The translations under genes and the position numbers were made by a program. From NCBI GenBank assembly GCA_937923265.1, contig CALAJY010000050.1, positions 4,938 to 68,937 of the forward strand: a stretch of DNA of 64,000 bases. The letters run 5' to 3'. This stretch comes from an uncultured Tissierellia bacterium (GTDB taxonomy: Bacteria > Bacillota > Clostridia > Tissierellales > Peptoniphilaceae). This document shows positions 16,920 to 26,932 of this stretch, piece after piece (the stretch's first letter is position 1; each line of letters opens with the position of its first letter). The notes beneath the pieces are model-generated. The model was not told the origin of the DNA, did no database searches, and was given only the letters and a program-made list of their open reading frames with translations.

Positions 16920-17806
16920 TCTATACACAAGACGAACTCATTCAATATTGCGAGGACAAGAATAAAAGAATTTATGATCTTGTCCTGGAAGATGAGACGA
17001 AGCGGTCACACAGGACAGAAGAGCAAGTTCTGGGAGAGGTGCAGCACATGTTGGATGTGATGAAGGCCTCCTCGATTTCCTATTTGGAGCGAACGGGTTC
17101 CACGTCGATGAACCTGATCAGTGGCTACACAAAGAAATTGGAGACGTATTCCAAGTCGGGGGATTCCCTTTGCAATCCCAACACGATCCACCTCATGGCG
17201 CTGGCATTTTCCACGATGGAATGCAATGCCTCCATGGGAAAGATTGTCGCTTCCCCGACTGCGGGAGCGGCGGGAATCGTGCCCGCCGTCCTTCGCTTGT
17301 ACATGGAAGAGCACGAGGTGAAGGACGAAGACCTGGTCAAGGCCCTGCTGACGGCAACGGGAGTGGGCCAGATCATCGGCCACTATGCCAATTTTGCGGG
17401 AGCCGAGGGCGGTTGCCAGGCAGAAACAGGGTCGGCGTCGGCCATGGGAGCGGCAGCCCTATGCGAACTCAAAGGGGCAACCATCGAGGAGATTTTAAAC
17501 GCCGCCAGCATCACCTTGATTAACATCATGGGCTTGGTTTGTGATCCCCTGGGTGGGATTGTGGAATTTCCCTGTGGATTTCGGAATGCCTCTGGGGCGG
17601 TAAATGCCTATATTTCGGCGGATATGGCCCGAGCCCATGCCTTTAGTGTGGTTCCCTTCGAGGAAGTGGCAACCGCGATGGGCGCAACGGGAGCAACCCT
17701 GCCGGCTTCCCTGCGGGAAACCGGTTTGGGCGGCGTTGCGGGCACTCCGACGGGAATGCGGATTCGCAATGAATTCTTCCAAAAAGAGGGTCATGACGGC
17801 GAGTAG
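16916..17806 (+). CDS. sdaAA: L-serine dehydratase, iron-sulfur-dependent, alpha subunit
   Basis: 296 aa with conserved SPTAGAAGIVPA, GGCQAE and LVCDP segments. Confidence 0.9.
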   Translation: MIYTQDELIQYCEDKNKRIYDLVLEDETKRSHRTEEQVLGEVQHMLDVMKASSISYLERTGSTSMNLISGYTKKLETYSKSGDSLCNPNTIHLMALAFSTMECNASMGKIVASPTAGAAGIVPAVLRLYMEEHEVKDEDLVKALLTATGVGQIIGHYANFAGAEGGCQAETGSASAMGAAALCELKGATIEEILNAASITLINIMGLVCDPLGGIVEFPCGFRNASGAVNAYISADMARAHAFSVVPFEEVATAMGATGATLPASLRETGLGGVAGTPTGMRIRNEFFQKEGHDGE

Positions 17807-17813
17807 CCAATTC

Positions 17814-17847
17814 GCAGGAGTGGGGGGGGGAATCGCCCCACTCCTGC
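17814..17847 (+). other. Perfect 12-bp hairpin containing a G9 run, between sdaAA and the transporter gene
   Basis: gcaggagtgggg / ccccactcctgc around loop ggggaatcg. No clear U tract follows (ttgattgg). Confidence 0.4.
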
Positions 17848-17898
17848 TTGATTGGATAAAATGCACAAGGGCATAACATTTTTGCCAAGGAGGTTTAT

Positions 17899-19119
17899 AT
17901 GTCACAAGCAAAAAAATTCACTTTGGGGCTGATTCCGAAAATTATTGTTGCAATTATCCTAGGTATTCTTGTAGGAACCTACCTGCCCCATTGGGTTACG
18001 CGAATCGCGGTAACCTTTTCCACCATTTTTGGGAGCTTTCTAAATTTTGTTATTCCACTCATGATCCTCGCCTTTGTCTCCAAGGGAATTGCGGACCTGG
18101 GCGAAGGAGCGGGAAGACTGCTCGGCATCACGGCGGGTCTTGCCTATCTCTCCACACTGATTGGAGGATCCCTCTCCTACACGATGGCGAACGCCTTGTT
18201 TCCCCATTTTATCAGCGCGGACCAGGTCCAGCAGGTTACGGGAGCGGGTGGCAAGGCTCTCAAGCCCTTCTTTGAAATCCCCCTCAACCCGATGATTGAG
18301 GTAACCGGGGCCCTGGTCTTTGCCTTCGTTTTGGGAATCAGCATCTCCTGGATGCGGAAGCAGGGAAAAGGGGACACCATGTACCATCTGATTGGGGAAT
18401 TTAATGAAATCATCGTTAAGGTGCTGAGCACAGCCATCGTGCCGGTCCTTCCCTTCTTCATTTTTGGAAACTTTGCCAACATGGCGGTGGCCGGAACGGT
18501 GGGCGCCATCATGTCGATTTTCCTGAAGATTTTCCTCTGCATCATCGCTCTCCATCTCATCTACACCTTCGTTCTCTTCCTGGTTGCCAGCATTTACAAC
18601 AAGGGCAGCATCGTTGAGCGGCTGAAAAATCAGGTTCCGGGCTATCTCACTGCCGTGGGAACCCAGTCCTCCGCAGCGACGATTCCCGTGAATGTGGGAA
18701 TTGCCGAGAAGAACAAGGTAAGCCGGGTCATTCGCGAATTCGTTGTGCCCTTGGGTGCTACGGTACATATGCCGGGGTCGATGATCACCATCACCGCCTG
18801 CACCTTTACGATTCTGACCCTGTTCGGCTATGATCATGGATTTCTTCTGATGTTTAGGTATATCGCAATTCTGGGAATCGCCATGGTTGCCGCACCGGGA
18901 GCTCCGGGCGGTGCCGTGATGAGTGCACTGCCCTTCCTCTATGTGGTGGGGTTGGCATCCGACGGTCCGGAAGCCAGTCTGTTGATTTCTCTTTACCTGG
19001 CTCAGGACAGCTTTGGCACGGCCTGCAATATTTCGGGAGATAATGCCCTCGCTCTGATTGTCGATAAGATTTATTTTACGAAAATTTTAAAACGGAAAAA
19101 AACAGCAGAAGATCTGTAA
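17899..19119 (+). CDS. sstT: Serine/threonine:sodium symporter, SstT-like (DAACS family)
   Basis: 406-aa polytopic protein. The segment TQSSAATIPVNVGIAEK...VPLGATVHMPGSMITIT aligns with E. coli SstT TRSSAANIPVNMALCEK...IPLGATINMAGAAITIT. Adjacent to serine dehydratase. Confidence 0.75.
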   Translation: MSQAKKFTLGLIPKIIVAIILGILVGTYLPHWVTRIAVTFSTIFGSFLNFVIPLMILAFVSKGIADLGEGAGRLLGITAGLAYLSTLIGGSLSYTMANALFPHFISADQVQQVTGAGGKALKPFFEIPLNPMIEVTGALVFAFVLGISISWMRKQGKGDTMYHLIGEFNEIIVKVLSTAIVPVLPFFIFGNFANMAVAGTVGAIMSIFLKIFLCIIALHLIYTFVLFLVASIYNKGSIVERLKNQVPGYLTAVGTQSSAATIPVNVGIAEKNKVSRVIREFVVPLGATVHMPGSMITITACTFTILTLFGYDHGFLLMFRYIAILGIAMVAAPGAPGGAVMSALPFLYVVGLASDGPEASLLISLYLAQDSFGTACNISGDNALALIVDKIYFTKILKRKKTAEDL

Positions 19120-19141
19120 GCTGCTACCCTTGTGCATTCTA

Positions 19142-19173
19142 AGGCATTCGCTCCGAGCGGATGCCTTTTTTTT
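19142..19173 (+). terminator. Intrinsic terminator
   Basis: Hairpin aggcattcgc/gcggatgcct with one G-U pair, then T8. Confidence 0.75.
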
Positions 19174-19219
19174 ACCCTCACCACATATGGTAAAATAGCC
19201 CGGGAAGGGGACGCAAACG

Positions 19220-20251
19220 ATGGACTTAAAGCAATTTTACCGGGAGATGGACCGAGACAATTTGCAAGGGATTTACCTCTGCCAGGTGACGGAACCCTAT
19301 CTTTGGGACCTGTTGAAGGCAGGGATTCAAAAGGGACTTCTCGCCCCGGGAACGGAGGACTTCAATCTGGAGCTTCTCTCTGCGGGGGAGATGACCTATG
19401 ATCAATTTACGACGGCGGTGAACACACTCCCTCTGTTTTCCAAGTATCGGCTGGTGATTCTCCAGGATTTGCTGTTGGACAAGGCCGGTGTGAGCAAGAT
19501 GGAGCAACCCCTGAAATGGCTGGCGGCCTACGCAAAGAACCCCGCTCCAAAGACCCTTCTTTTTCTGGTCTACCGAGGCGAGAAGCCCTTCAAAAGCAGG
19601 TATTGGAAAGCGGTGGAAGGGCTCGTTACGCCGATCACCCTCTTTCGGCTGAAGGGACCGGAGCTGAACTCCTTTATTGCGAACCGATTGCATAAGGAAG
19701 GCGTTCGCGCCTCGCGGGAGACGGTGAATTACCTGATTGAGGCATCGGGTTACCTAAAAAGAGACGCCGATGAGACCCTTTACGTGGTGGAAAATCTCCT
19801 GACCGCGGCCATAGGCACCGCGAAGGAGGGGGTGCTTTCGGAAGAAGCGGTCCGGGATTTGGTGCATGATCCTGTGGAGGATAATATCTTTAAGCTGATG
19901 GACGCCATCAACAGCCGGAACCTGAGCCTAGCGCTGCATCTTCTGCGAGGCTTTTTTACACAGCAGGGGGAGGAGCGACGGTACTACTATATGCTGATTC
20001 GCCAACTGCGAAACATGATCGGGGTAAAACTGCTTTCCTCCCGTCGTTATCCGCCCAGGGAGGGCAGACAGAAGCTGGGCATCAGTGAGTATGAGTACAA
20101 GAAATTGCTGGGAGGGGTAAGGAACTATTCCTCGGAGGAGCTGGTTCGCGCGCACGGAGCCCTGTCTGAGATTGAGTTTTCTCAGAAAAGCCGTCCCACC
20201 AACCTGCCCCTGGAGATGGAACGTTTTTTATGTGGCTTTTTAGGTCATTAA
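19220..20251 (+). CDS. holA: DNA polymerase III delta subunit
   Basis: 343 aa. Length, position upstream of divergently conserved rpsT, and general HolA-like N-terminal region. No sharp motif, so the call rests partly on synteny. Confidence 0.7.
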   Translation: MDLKQFYREMDRDNLQGIYLCQVTEPYLWDLLKAGIQKGLLAPGTEDFNLELLSAGEMTYDQFTTAVNTLPLFSKYRLVILQDLLLDKAGVSKMEQPLKWLAAYAKNPAPKTLLFLVYRGEKPFKSRYWKAVEGLVTPITLFRLKGPELNSFIANRLHKEGVRASRETVNYLIEASGYLKRDADETLYVVENLLTAAIGTAKEGVLSEEAVRDLVHDPVEDNIFKLMDAINSRNLSLALHLLRGFFTQQGEERRYYYMLIRQLRNMIGVKLLSSRRYPPREGRQKLGISEYEYKKLLGGVRNYSSEELVRAHGALSEIEFSQKSRPTNLPLEMERFLCGFLGH

Positions 20252-20264
20252 GTTCATAAAAATG

Positions 20265-20293
20265 TTGCGTCATTATGCTCCTTGTGGTATACT
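20265..20293 (+). promoter_or_regulatory. Sigma-A promoter with extended -10 for rpsT
   Basis: TTGCGT (20265-20270), a 17-nt spacer, then TGgTATACT (20285-20293). Confidence 0.55.
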
Positions 20294-20322
20294 TCTTCGG
20301 TATCATGCGAGGAGGTGAGAGA

Positions 20323-20595
20323 ATGGCAAATATTAAGTCTGCAAAGAAAAGAATTGAAGTTGCGGAACGCAATCGTTTAAGAAATAAGGCAAAGAAAACG
20401 GAAATCAAAACCTATGTAAAGAAGTTTGATCAGGCGATTGAGGAGAACTCACCTCAAGTTGCACAGGAGCTTCTGAAGACGATCGATAAGAAGTTGAAAA
20501 AAGCGTCTCTGTCCAGTGCGGTTTCCAAAAATGCGGCGGGTCGTAAGATCAGCCAGCTGCAGAAGAAACTGAATGCGGCTTCCCAGAACAACTAG
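20323..20595 (+). CDS. rpsT: 30S ribosomal protein S20
   Basis: MANIKSAKKRIEVAERNRLRNK is the canonical S20 N-terminus. SD gaggaggtgaga lies upstream of the ATG at 20323. Confidence 0.92.
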   Translation: MANIKSAKKRIEVAERNRLRNKAKKTEIKTYVKKFDQAIEENSPQVAQELLKTIDKKLKKASLSSAVSKNAAGRKISQLQKKLNAASQNN

Positions 20596-20606
20596 AATGC
20601 TTAAAG

Positions 20607-20632
20607 AGCAGGGCCTTGGCCCTGCTTTTTTT
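20607..20632 (+). terminator. Intrinsic terminator after rpsT
   Basis: gcaggg/ccctgc hairpin followed by T8. Confidence 0.75.
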
Positions 20633-20702
20633 ATGTCCTGATGCCGGGTTTCCTATGCTATACTAGGGGTAAGTCTTTGGAAATATATAGAGAAAGGACC
20701 CG

Positions 20703-21431
20703 GTGCGAATGAAGAGAGCGCAAGGGAAAATGGACAAGGAAATACCGGAGATCTCCACGGAAGGGGACACCAAGCCCCTGGTTCGAAAGGGATTGGAGGA
20801 GCGGCTTCAAAGGGCTTCCCATCGGGAACGGGTCCTGGATTTTGAGGAAGCCGGCAAGGAGACTTTGGATTCGGAGAGTCCTTTTGAGGAGTCCCGGAAA
20901 GAGAAAAAGAGTCGTGCTTCTCGTTGGATCGAGGGTTGGGGAATCCCGATTTTAATCGCTCTCCTTGTTGCCATTCTCATTCGGATTTTTATCGGAGGCG
21001 CTACGACGGTAAAGGGGGATTCCATGAAACCCACCCTCCATAACGGGGACCTCTTGGTGATCAATAAAATTCCCGCTTACACCAACCATTTTCGGCGTGC
21101 GGAAATCGTCATTTTGCGAGCCCCGGACCAATCCGGAGAGCTCTATGTCAAGCGGATTATCGGCCTTCCCGGAGAAACCGTGGAGATCAAGGATGGCCGG
21201 GTTTATGTAGACGGCTATTTAATGCAGGAATACTATGTGGATAAACTGCCCACGGGGGTGTACCGGAACGCCCGTTGGGAGTTGGGACAATCGGACTATT
21301 TTGTGATGGGAGATAACCGGCGGCAGGGAGCTTCCAATGATAGTCGGATTTTTGGTCCGGTGAATGTGGAATCGTTCATTGGAGTTGCCATTTTTCGCCT
21401 CCTTCCCCTCTCGGGAATCGGTGGAATCTAG
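20703..21431 (+). CDS. lepB: Signal peptidase I with a ~75-aa charged N-terminal extension
   Basis: Catalytic Ser box GDSMKPTL and Lys box YVKRIIGLPGE. C-terminal GDNRRQGASNDSR. GTG start at 20703, with alternative ATGs at 20709 and 20730. Confidence 0.85.
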   Translation: MRMKRAQGKMDKEIPEISTEGDTKPLVRKGLEERLQRASHRERVLDFEEAGKETLDSESPFEESRKEKKSRASRWIEGWGIPILIALLVAILIRIFIGGATTVKGDSMKPTLHNGDLLVINKIPAYTNHFRRAEIVILRAPDQSGELYVKRIIGLPGETVEIKDGRVYVDGYLMQEYYVDKLPTGVYRNARWELGQSDYFVMGDNRRQGASNDSRIFGPVNVESFIGVAIFRLLPLSGIGGI

Positions 21432-21445
21432 AAGCGGAGTTGTCG

Positions 21446-22030
21446 ATGGATCATAAAAATCCCCTTCCCTCTTCCGATCAGGAAAGAGAGAAGGTTGCAA
21501 GAAAAAAACAGGAAGAAGTCGGTTGGCTGGATTGGTTAAAGGTGATCGGGAGTGCTATCGTGATCGCCTTTTTCATTAGCACTTTTATTGTGAGCTCAAC
21601 GGTTGTGGAGGGACGATCCATGCAGAACACGCTCCACAATGGGGACCGGCTTTTTGTCATGAAATTGGGGAGCTCGCTTTCCGACCTGAAACGGGGGGAG
21701 ATCGTGGTTTTTCATGCTCCCGATGCGAAAAACATGGATTACATCAAGCGAATCGTCGCTCTTCCGGGAGAGTATGTGCAGATTGAGAATGGATTGGTCT
21801 ATGTCAATGGGAAGCGGCTGGAGGAGAACTACATCAACACCACCTACACCCATACCGGAGACCAAAAGGAATGGGTCGTGGGAGAAAAGCAGATCTTTGT
21901 TTTGGGAGATAATCGGCAAAAGGGAGCGAGCAAGGACAGTCGCGTGTTTGGTCCCATCGATGCCTCCCGAATCATCGGCCATGCGGCCTTCCGCTACTAC
22001 CCCTTCACCTCGATGGGAGGTCTTCAATGA
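21446..22030 (+). CDS. lepB: Signal peptidase I (second tandem paralogue)
   Basis: [35 protein letters not shown] at 21446 sits 6 nt after ggag. Confidence 0.85.
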   Translation: MDHKNPLPSSDQEREKVARKKQEEVGWLDWLKVIGSAIVIAFFISTFIVSSTVVEGRSMQNTLHNGDRLFVMKLGSSLSDLKRGEIVVFHAPDAKNMDYIKRIVALPGEYVQIENGLVYVNGKRLEENYINTTYTHTGDQKEWVVGEKQIFVLGDNRQKGASKDSRVFGPIDASRIIGHAAFRYYPFTSMGGLQ

Positions 22031-23835
22031 GTCAACAGGAACTGATTCGAAATTTTTCCATCATCGCGCACATTGACCACGGCAAGTCCACCCTCGCTGA
22101 CCGCCTAATCGAAAAGACGGGGGCGGTCACGAAGCGCGAGATGCGAAATCAGCTGCTGGATTCCATGGATCTGGAGCGGGAGCGGGGGATTACCATCAAA
22201 TTAAAGGCGGTAAAGCTTTTCTATGAAGCCTCCGACGGAAAACTGTACACCCTGAATCTCATCGACACCCCGGGTCATGTGGACTTTAACTATGAGGTGA
22301 GCCGAAGCCTCGCAGCCTGTGAGGGGGCCATTTTAATCGTCGATGCCACCCAGGGGGTGGAGGCCCAGACCCTGGCAAACTCCTATCTCGCCTTGGATCA
22401 GGATCTGGAGATTTTACCGGTGATCAACAAGATCGACCTGCCCAGTGCGGATATCCCCATGGTCAAAAAGGAAATTGAAGAGATTTTGGGGTTTGATACG
22501 GATTCCATCCCCCTGATTTCTGCCAAGGAGGGAACGAATATTTCCGCGGTGCTGGAAGACATTGTCAGCGGGGTTCCCGCGCCGCAAGGGGATCCCAAAG
22601 CCCCGTTGAAGGCCCTGATTTTTGACAGCTACTATGATCCCTATAAAGGGGTGGTCATGTATGTGCGCATCAAGGATGGACGAATGAAAAAGGGGGACCG
22701 CATTCGTCTCATGGCCACGGGAAAAGAGTATCTGGTGGATGAGCTGGGCTATTCCGCCCATGGTCATGTCCAGGTCGATTCCCTGGAGACGGGCGATGTT
22801 GGCTATGTGGTCTGTTCCATAAAGACGGTGGGTGATGCACAGGTTGGCGATACGGTGACCCATGCGGATCGACCCGCCACCCGGGCCTTACCCGGATATA
22901 AACGGGTGATTCCCATGGTCTATGCCGGCATTTATCCGGCGGAATCGGAGAGCGTGAACAGCGTTCGAGAGGCCCTGGAAAAACTTCAGGTCAACGATGC
23001 GGCACTCACCTTTGAAAAGGAAAGCTCGGTGGCCCTGGGCTTTGGCTTCCGTTGCGGCTTTTTAGGCATGCTTCACATGGAGATTATTGAAGAACGCCTG
23101 GAGCGGGAGTTTGATCTGGATATCATCGCGACGGCGCCCTCCGTTATATATAAGGTACATTTAAACGCGGGAACGGTGGTGGACATTCAGAACCCCGCGG
23201 ATTTCCCGGATCCCACGGACATTGATTTCGTGGAAGAGCCGGTGGTGAAGGCGTCTTTGATGACCCCGAAAGATTATATCGGTCCCATCATGGAACTCTG
23301 CCAGGACCGGCGAGGCGTTTTTGAGAACATGGAGTACCTGGACGAAAACCGAGTGACACTCCATTATGATCTTCCTCTGAATGAGGTGATTTACGACTTT
23401 TTTGATGCCCTCAAGTCGAAAACGCGAGGCTATGCCAGCCTTGATTATGATTTGAAGGGCTACCAGCGGTCCGACCTGGTGCGCATGGACATCCTGGTGA
23501 ATGGAGAACCGGTGGATGCCCTTTCCCTGATTGTCCACCGTGACAAGGCCTATGAACGGGGACGGACGATCTGCGTTCGCTTGAAGGATGAAATTCCTCG
23601 CCACCAGTTTGCGGTGCCCGTCCAAGCGGCCATCGGGGCCAAGATCATTGCCCGGGAGACCGTGGCGGCGGTCCGCAAGGACGTGCTCGCCAAGTGCTAC
23701 GGGGGAGACATCTCGCGAAAGAAGAAGCTTTTGGAAAAGCAGAAGGAAGGAAAGAAGAGAATGCGGCAGATTGGCAATGTGACAATTCCGCAGTCCGCCT
23801 TCCTTTCGGTCCTGAAATACGATGAGGATCAATAG
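22027..23835 (+). CDS. lepA: Translation elongation factor 4 (LepA)
   Basis: [35 protein letters not shown]. 602 aa with the LepA-specific C-terminus. Confidence 0.95.
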   Translation: MSQQELIRNFSIIAHIDHGKSTLADRLIEKTGAVTKREMRNQLLDSMDLERERGITIKLKAVKLFYEASDGKLYTLNLIDTPGHVDFNYEVSRSLAACEGAILIVDATQGVEAQTLANSYLALDQDLEILPVINKIDLPSADIPMVKKEIEEILGFDTDSIPLISAKEGTNISAVLEDIVSGVPAPQGDPKAPLKALIFDSYYDPYKGVVMYVRIKDGRMKKGDRIRLMATGKEYLVDELGYSAHGHVQVDSLETGDVGYVVCSIKTVGDAQVGDTVTHADRPATRALPGYKRVIPMVYAGIYPAESESVNSVREALEKLQVNDAALTFEKESSVALGFGFRCGFLGMLHMEIIEERLEREFDLDIIATAPSVIYKVHLNAGTVVDIQNPADFPDPTDIDFVEEPVVKASLMTPKDYIGPIMELCQDRRGVFENMEYLDENRVTLHYDLPLNEVIYDFFDALKSKTRGYASLDYDLKGYQRSDLVRMDILVNGEPVDALSLIVHRDKAYERGRTICVRLKDEIPRHQFAVPVQAAIGAKIIARETVAAVRKDVLAKCYGGDISRKKKLLEKQKEGKKRMRQIGNVTIPQSAFLSVLKYDEDQ

Positions 23836-23855
23836 AGAATAGGTACGAAACCGCA

Positions 23856-23885
23856 ACGAGGGAAACGACGTTTCCCTCGTTTTTT
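23856..23885 (+). terminator. Intrinsic terminator after lepA
   Basis: 10-bp stem acgagggaaa/tttccctcgt, then T5. Confidence 0.8.
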
Positions 23886-23901
23886 ATAGGAGTATAAGGA
23901 A

Positions 23902-25068
23902 ATGACCGAGCAAACTCTGGGGCTCTACCTGCATATTCCCTTTTGCAGGGAGCGATGCAGCTATTGTGATTTTTTGACCTTTCCGCATGCCGAGGCACTT
24001 CTCCGCCCCTATCTGGAGGCCCTGGCCAAGGAGATCCGACTGTGGAAGCGGGAGCGGGAAAAGGGGGGAGAGGAAGGTCTCCCTGTCGACACCATTTACC
24101 TGGGTGGGGGCACGCCGAGCCTGCTGAAAGCGGACGAACTCCGCCGCCTGTTTCGGGAGGTCCACGAGGCCTTTCCCATTTCTCCCCGGGCAGAGATCAC
24201 CATGGAAATGAATCCGGAGGCGGAAGGGGATGCCCGCGTTTTGAGAGCCCTTGGCATCAATCGAATTTCCCTGGGCATGCAGACATCCAGTCCCCGCCTC
24301 CTTGCCCAATGCAGGAGAACCCACAGGAGTGAGGACGGAGGGAAGACAATGGTTGCCCTCCGATCTGCGGGTTTTGACAACATCAATGTTGACCTGATCT
24401 ATGGATTACCGGGGCAAACGCGCAAGGATCTGGAGGGAGACCTTAACTGGCTTGCCATCCATGATCCGAATCATGTTTCCTGGTATGGTTTGATCTTGGA
24501 AGAGCAATCCCTTCTGTATCAACAGGTGCGGCAGGGGACCATGCAACTTCCCGGAGAAGATGTGCAGGCGGATGAGTTTTCCTTTCTGTTGGCGGAATTG
24601 GACAAGTTGGGCTACCGACGCTATGAAATCTCAAACTTTTCGAAGGTGGGAAAACAGTCTCGACACAACCTCAAGTACTGGACGGGGAAACCCTATCTGG
24701 GGCTGGGCCTGGGAGCCAGTTCGTATCTGAATGGGGAACGCTATCACAACCCCGGAACCTTTCGGCAATATTTTACCGCGCTTCGCCAAGGTCGGCTTCC
24801 CCGAGAATGGGAGGAGAGGACGAAAAAGGACGACATCTTTGAGAGGATCATGATGGGGCTACGGCGCGTTGAGGGAATTTCTTTCCGGGACTTTGCACTT
24901 GCCACGGGAATCGCCCTGGAAAGCTGCGTCCCAAAGAGCATGGCCAAGGCCTGCCGGCAGGGCCTCGGAGAAAAAACGGCGGATGCCTTTCGGCTGACCC
25001 GACGGGGGCTGGACTTACAAAATCGGGTTTTGGTCGACATGATGGAAGAGATGGAGGAAAGCCTCTGA
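23902..25068 (+). CDS. hemW: Radical SAM HemW/HemN-like protein (heme chaperone / oxygen-independent coproporphyrinogen oxidase family)
   Basis: Radical SAM cluster motif HIPFCRERCSYCDF. 388 aa. Conserved lepA-hemW-hrcA order. Confidence 0.85.
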   Translation: MTEQTLGLYLHIPFCRERCSYCDFLTFPHAEALLRPYLEALAKEIRLWKREREKGGEEGLPVDTIYLGGGTPSLLKADELRRLFREVHEAFPISPRAEITMEMNPEAEGDARVLRALGINRISLGMQTSSPRLLAQCRRTHRSEDGGKTMVALRSAGFDNINVDLIYGLPGQTRKDLEGDLNWLAIHDPNHVSWYGLILEEQSLLYQQVRQGTMQLPGEDVQADEFSFLLAELDKLGYRRYEISNFSKVGKQSRHNLKYWTGKPYLGLGLGASSYLNGERYHNPGTFRQYFTALRQGRLPREWEERTKKDDIFERIMMGLRRVEGISFRDFALATGIALESCVPKSMAKACRQGLGEKTADAFRLTRRGLDLQNRVLVDMMEEMEESL

Positions 25069-25084
25069 GTTTTTCAGGAGGGTG

Positions 25085-25113
25085 TTGACAAAGGAGGGAA
25101 AAGCCTTTATCAT
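25085..25113 (+). promoter_or_regulatory. Sigma-A promoter of the hrcA-grpE-dnaK-dnaJ operon
   Basis: TTGACA (25085-25090), a 17-nt spacer, then TATCAT (25108-25113), immediately upstream of CIRCE. Confidence 0.6.
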
Positions 25114-25117
25114 AGTC

Positions 25118-25144
25118 TTAGCACTCAGAGAGATAGAGTGATAA
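25118..25144 (+). promoter_or_regulatory. CIRCE operator (HrcA binding site)
   Basis: TTAGCACTC-N9-GAGTGATAA against consensus TTAGCACTC-N9-GAGTGCTAA: one mismatch, correct position. Confidence 0.88.
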
Positions 25145-25168
25145 CAATACGGAAAGGGGGAAGAAACG

Positions 25169-26191
25169 ATGGATCAAAGAAAATTTTTTATCTTGGGCGC
25201 CATATTGCGGTCCTATATCGAAAATGGAGATCCCATCGGCTCTCGAACCCTTCAAAGAGACTACCGGATGGAAGTATCTCCCGCGACCATTCGCAATGAG
25301 ATGAGTGATTTGGAGCAGTTGGGCTATCTTATGAAGGCCCATACCTCTTCGGGAAGAATCCCCTCCGATCAGGCCTACCGCTGGTATGTGGATGAGCTGA
25401 TGAAACGGGGAACCGACGAGGATGGGTTTCCGGAATTGGGAAGCCAGAGCCTGCTCAAACAGTCCAATGCCTTGGACACCGTTTTAGGCAATGCCCTGAA
25501 GATCCTCAGCGATGCGACCAATCAGGTTGCCTTTGCACTGGTACCGGGTCGGGGAGAGGACGGACTCCTTAAAATTCGGTTTCTACCGCTTTCCTCCCAT
25601 GAATTGGTCATTGTGACGGTGTATCGTTCCAAGTTTATTCAGACCGATCTCGTCCATCTCACAGGGAGCTATTCGGAGGACCGGCTTCTGCGAGCGGGAG
25701 CCATCTTTCAGGAGCTGTTGGAAGGTCACCGATTGAAGGAGGTCTTTTCCTTCTTGAATGCGGACTTTTTCAGCAACCAGTACAGTGCGGGTAATGTGCT
25801 CAGCGAACTGGTTCCCGTGATTCGGGGACTGATTGAAAAGAGCGTGGCCCCCGGTCTGAAGTTGGAGGGCCTGAACCGCTTGTATCAGGGGCGAGAATCC
25901 GGAGACTGGGAGGAGATCACCGACTTTATTCGCCGTTTACAGACGGACGGCACCCTTTTGGACTACCTGAAACAGATGAACCGAGAAGCGGAGGTCCGGG
26001 TTTTGATCGGTGAGGAGAATGAACTTCCCTATTTAAAGGAATCAAGCGTTGTTGTGGCACCCTACCATGTCCATGGAAATTTTGTGGGCCATATCGGTAT
26101 TTTGGGTCCAACGCGGATGCATTACCGCAAGGTCATGAGTGATGTTACAAAAATGGCAAAATACATCGACTCCATTGCGCAGCGCATGTAG
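25169..26191 (+). CDS. hrcA: Heat-inducible transcription repressor HrcA
   Basis: N-terminal winged-helix region ILGAILRSYIENGDPIGSRTL..ISPATIRNEMSDLEQLGYL. 340 aa. Operon context. Confidence 0.9.
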   Translation: MDQRKFFILGAILRSYIENGDPIGSRTLQRDYRMEVSPATIRNEMSDLEQLGYLMKAHTSSGRIPSDQAYRWYVDELMKRGTDEDGFPELGSQSLLKQSNALDTVLGNALKILSDATNQVAFALVPGRGEDGLLKIRFLPLSSHELVIVTVYRSKFIQTDLVHLTGSYSEDRLLRAGAIFQELLEGHRLKEVFSFLNADFFSNQYSAGNVLSELVPVIRGLIEKSVAPGLKLEGLNRLYQGRESGDWEEITDFIRRLQTDGTLLDYLKQMNREAEVRVLIGEENELPYLKESSVVVAPYHVHGNFVGHIGILGPTRMHYRKVMSDVTKMAKYIDSIAQRM

Positions 26192-26214
26192 AGTTGAGGG
26201 AGAAGGAGGTCGGA

Positions 26215-26844
26215 ATGACGAAGGATAAGCACTTTTCTCCGTCGGAGACAAAGCCGGACAAGAAAAAAGTTGAGGTGACGACTCCGGACACAGAAGAAGA
26301 GGAAAAGAAGGAAGAAGACGTGCAGACCGACGAGGAAAGCGTCGAGCAGGAAGAGGAAGTGTTCGAAGCGGAACTGGCGGATGACGAGGAGGATGAGCAG
26401 GCGGAAGAGGTCGAGGAAGAGGAAGCGACGCCGACGATCTCCGAGGATCATGTTCGCTATCTTCGTCTGCAGGCGGATTTTGACAACTTCCGCAAACGAA
26501 CCGAACGGGAAAAGAAAGAGACCATTCGCTTTGCGAACGAGAAGCTGATGGATCCTCTTTTGGAAGTCCTGGATAATTTTCAAAGAGCCCTGAAGGATGC
26601 ATCCGATGAGGACGCCTTTGTCCAAGGGATGCAGATGATCCAGAAACAGCTGGAGGATGTGTTGAAAGCCAATGGCCTGGAAGAAATTCCCACCGACGGC
26701 GAAGCCTTCAATGCGAATCTTCACAGTGCGGTCGCCACGGAAGAAAGCGACCGGGAGACTGGGACGATTCTGGAGACCTTCCGCAAGGGCTATTACCTGA
26801 ACGGTCGGGTGTTGCGACCGGCGATGGTGAAGGTAGCCAAGTAA
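26215..26844 (+). CDS. grpE: Nucleotide exchange factor GrpE
   Basis: Acidic N-terminus, then YLRLQADFDNFRKRTEREK and a C-terminal GYYLNGRVLRPAMVKV. ATG at 26215 preceded by gaaggagg. Confidence 0.9.
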   Translation: MTKDKHFSPSETKPDKKKVEVTTPDTEEEEKKEEDVQTDEESVEQEEEVFEAELADDEEDEQAEEVEEEEATPTISEDHVRYLRLQADFDNFRKRTEREKKETIRFANEKLMDPLLEVLDNFQRALKDASDEDAFVQGMQMIQKQLEDVLKANGLEEIPTDGEAFNANLHSAVATEESDRETGTILETFRKGYYLNGRVLRPAMVKVAK

Positions 26845-26932
26845 ACAAGGGCCGGATGGCCGTGGATAGAGATCAAACAGTTTGGCAGTGGACGAAAGAA
26901 AGCTGCAGGAAGAACTCTGAGGAGGAATTCAA

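Noticed and set aside
26042-26724. 186-aa and 200-aa minus-strand ORFs opposite grpE, and the Ser-rich ORF 53616-53801 opposite rpoD.
   Set aside because: They are the antisense reading of GAA/GAG-rich acidic regions, which gives artificial Ser/Phe/Leu-rich frames. The sense-strand genes are unambiguous.
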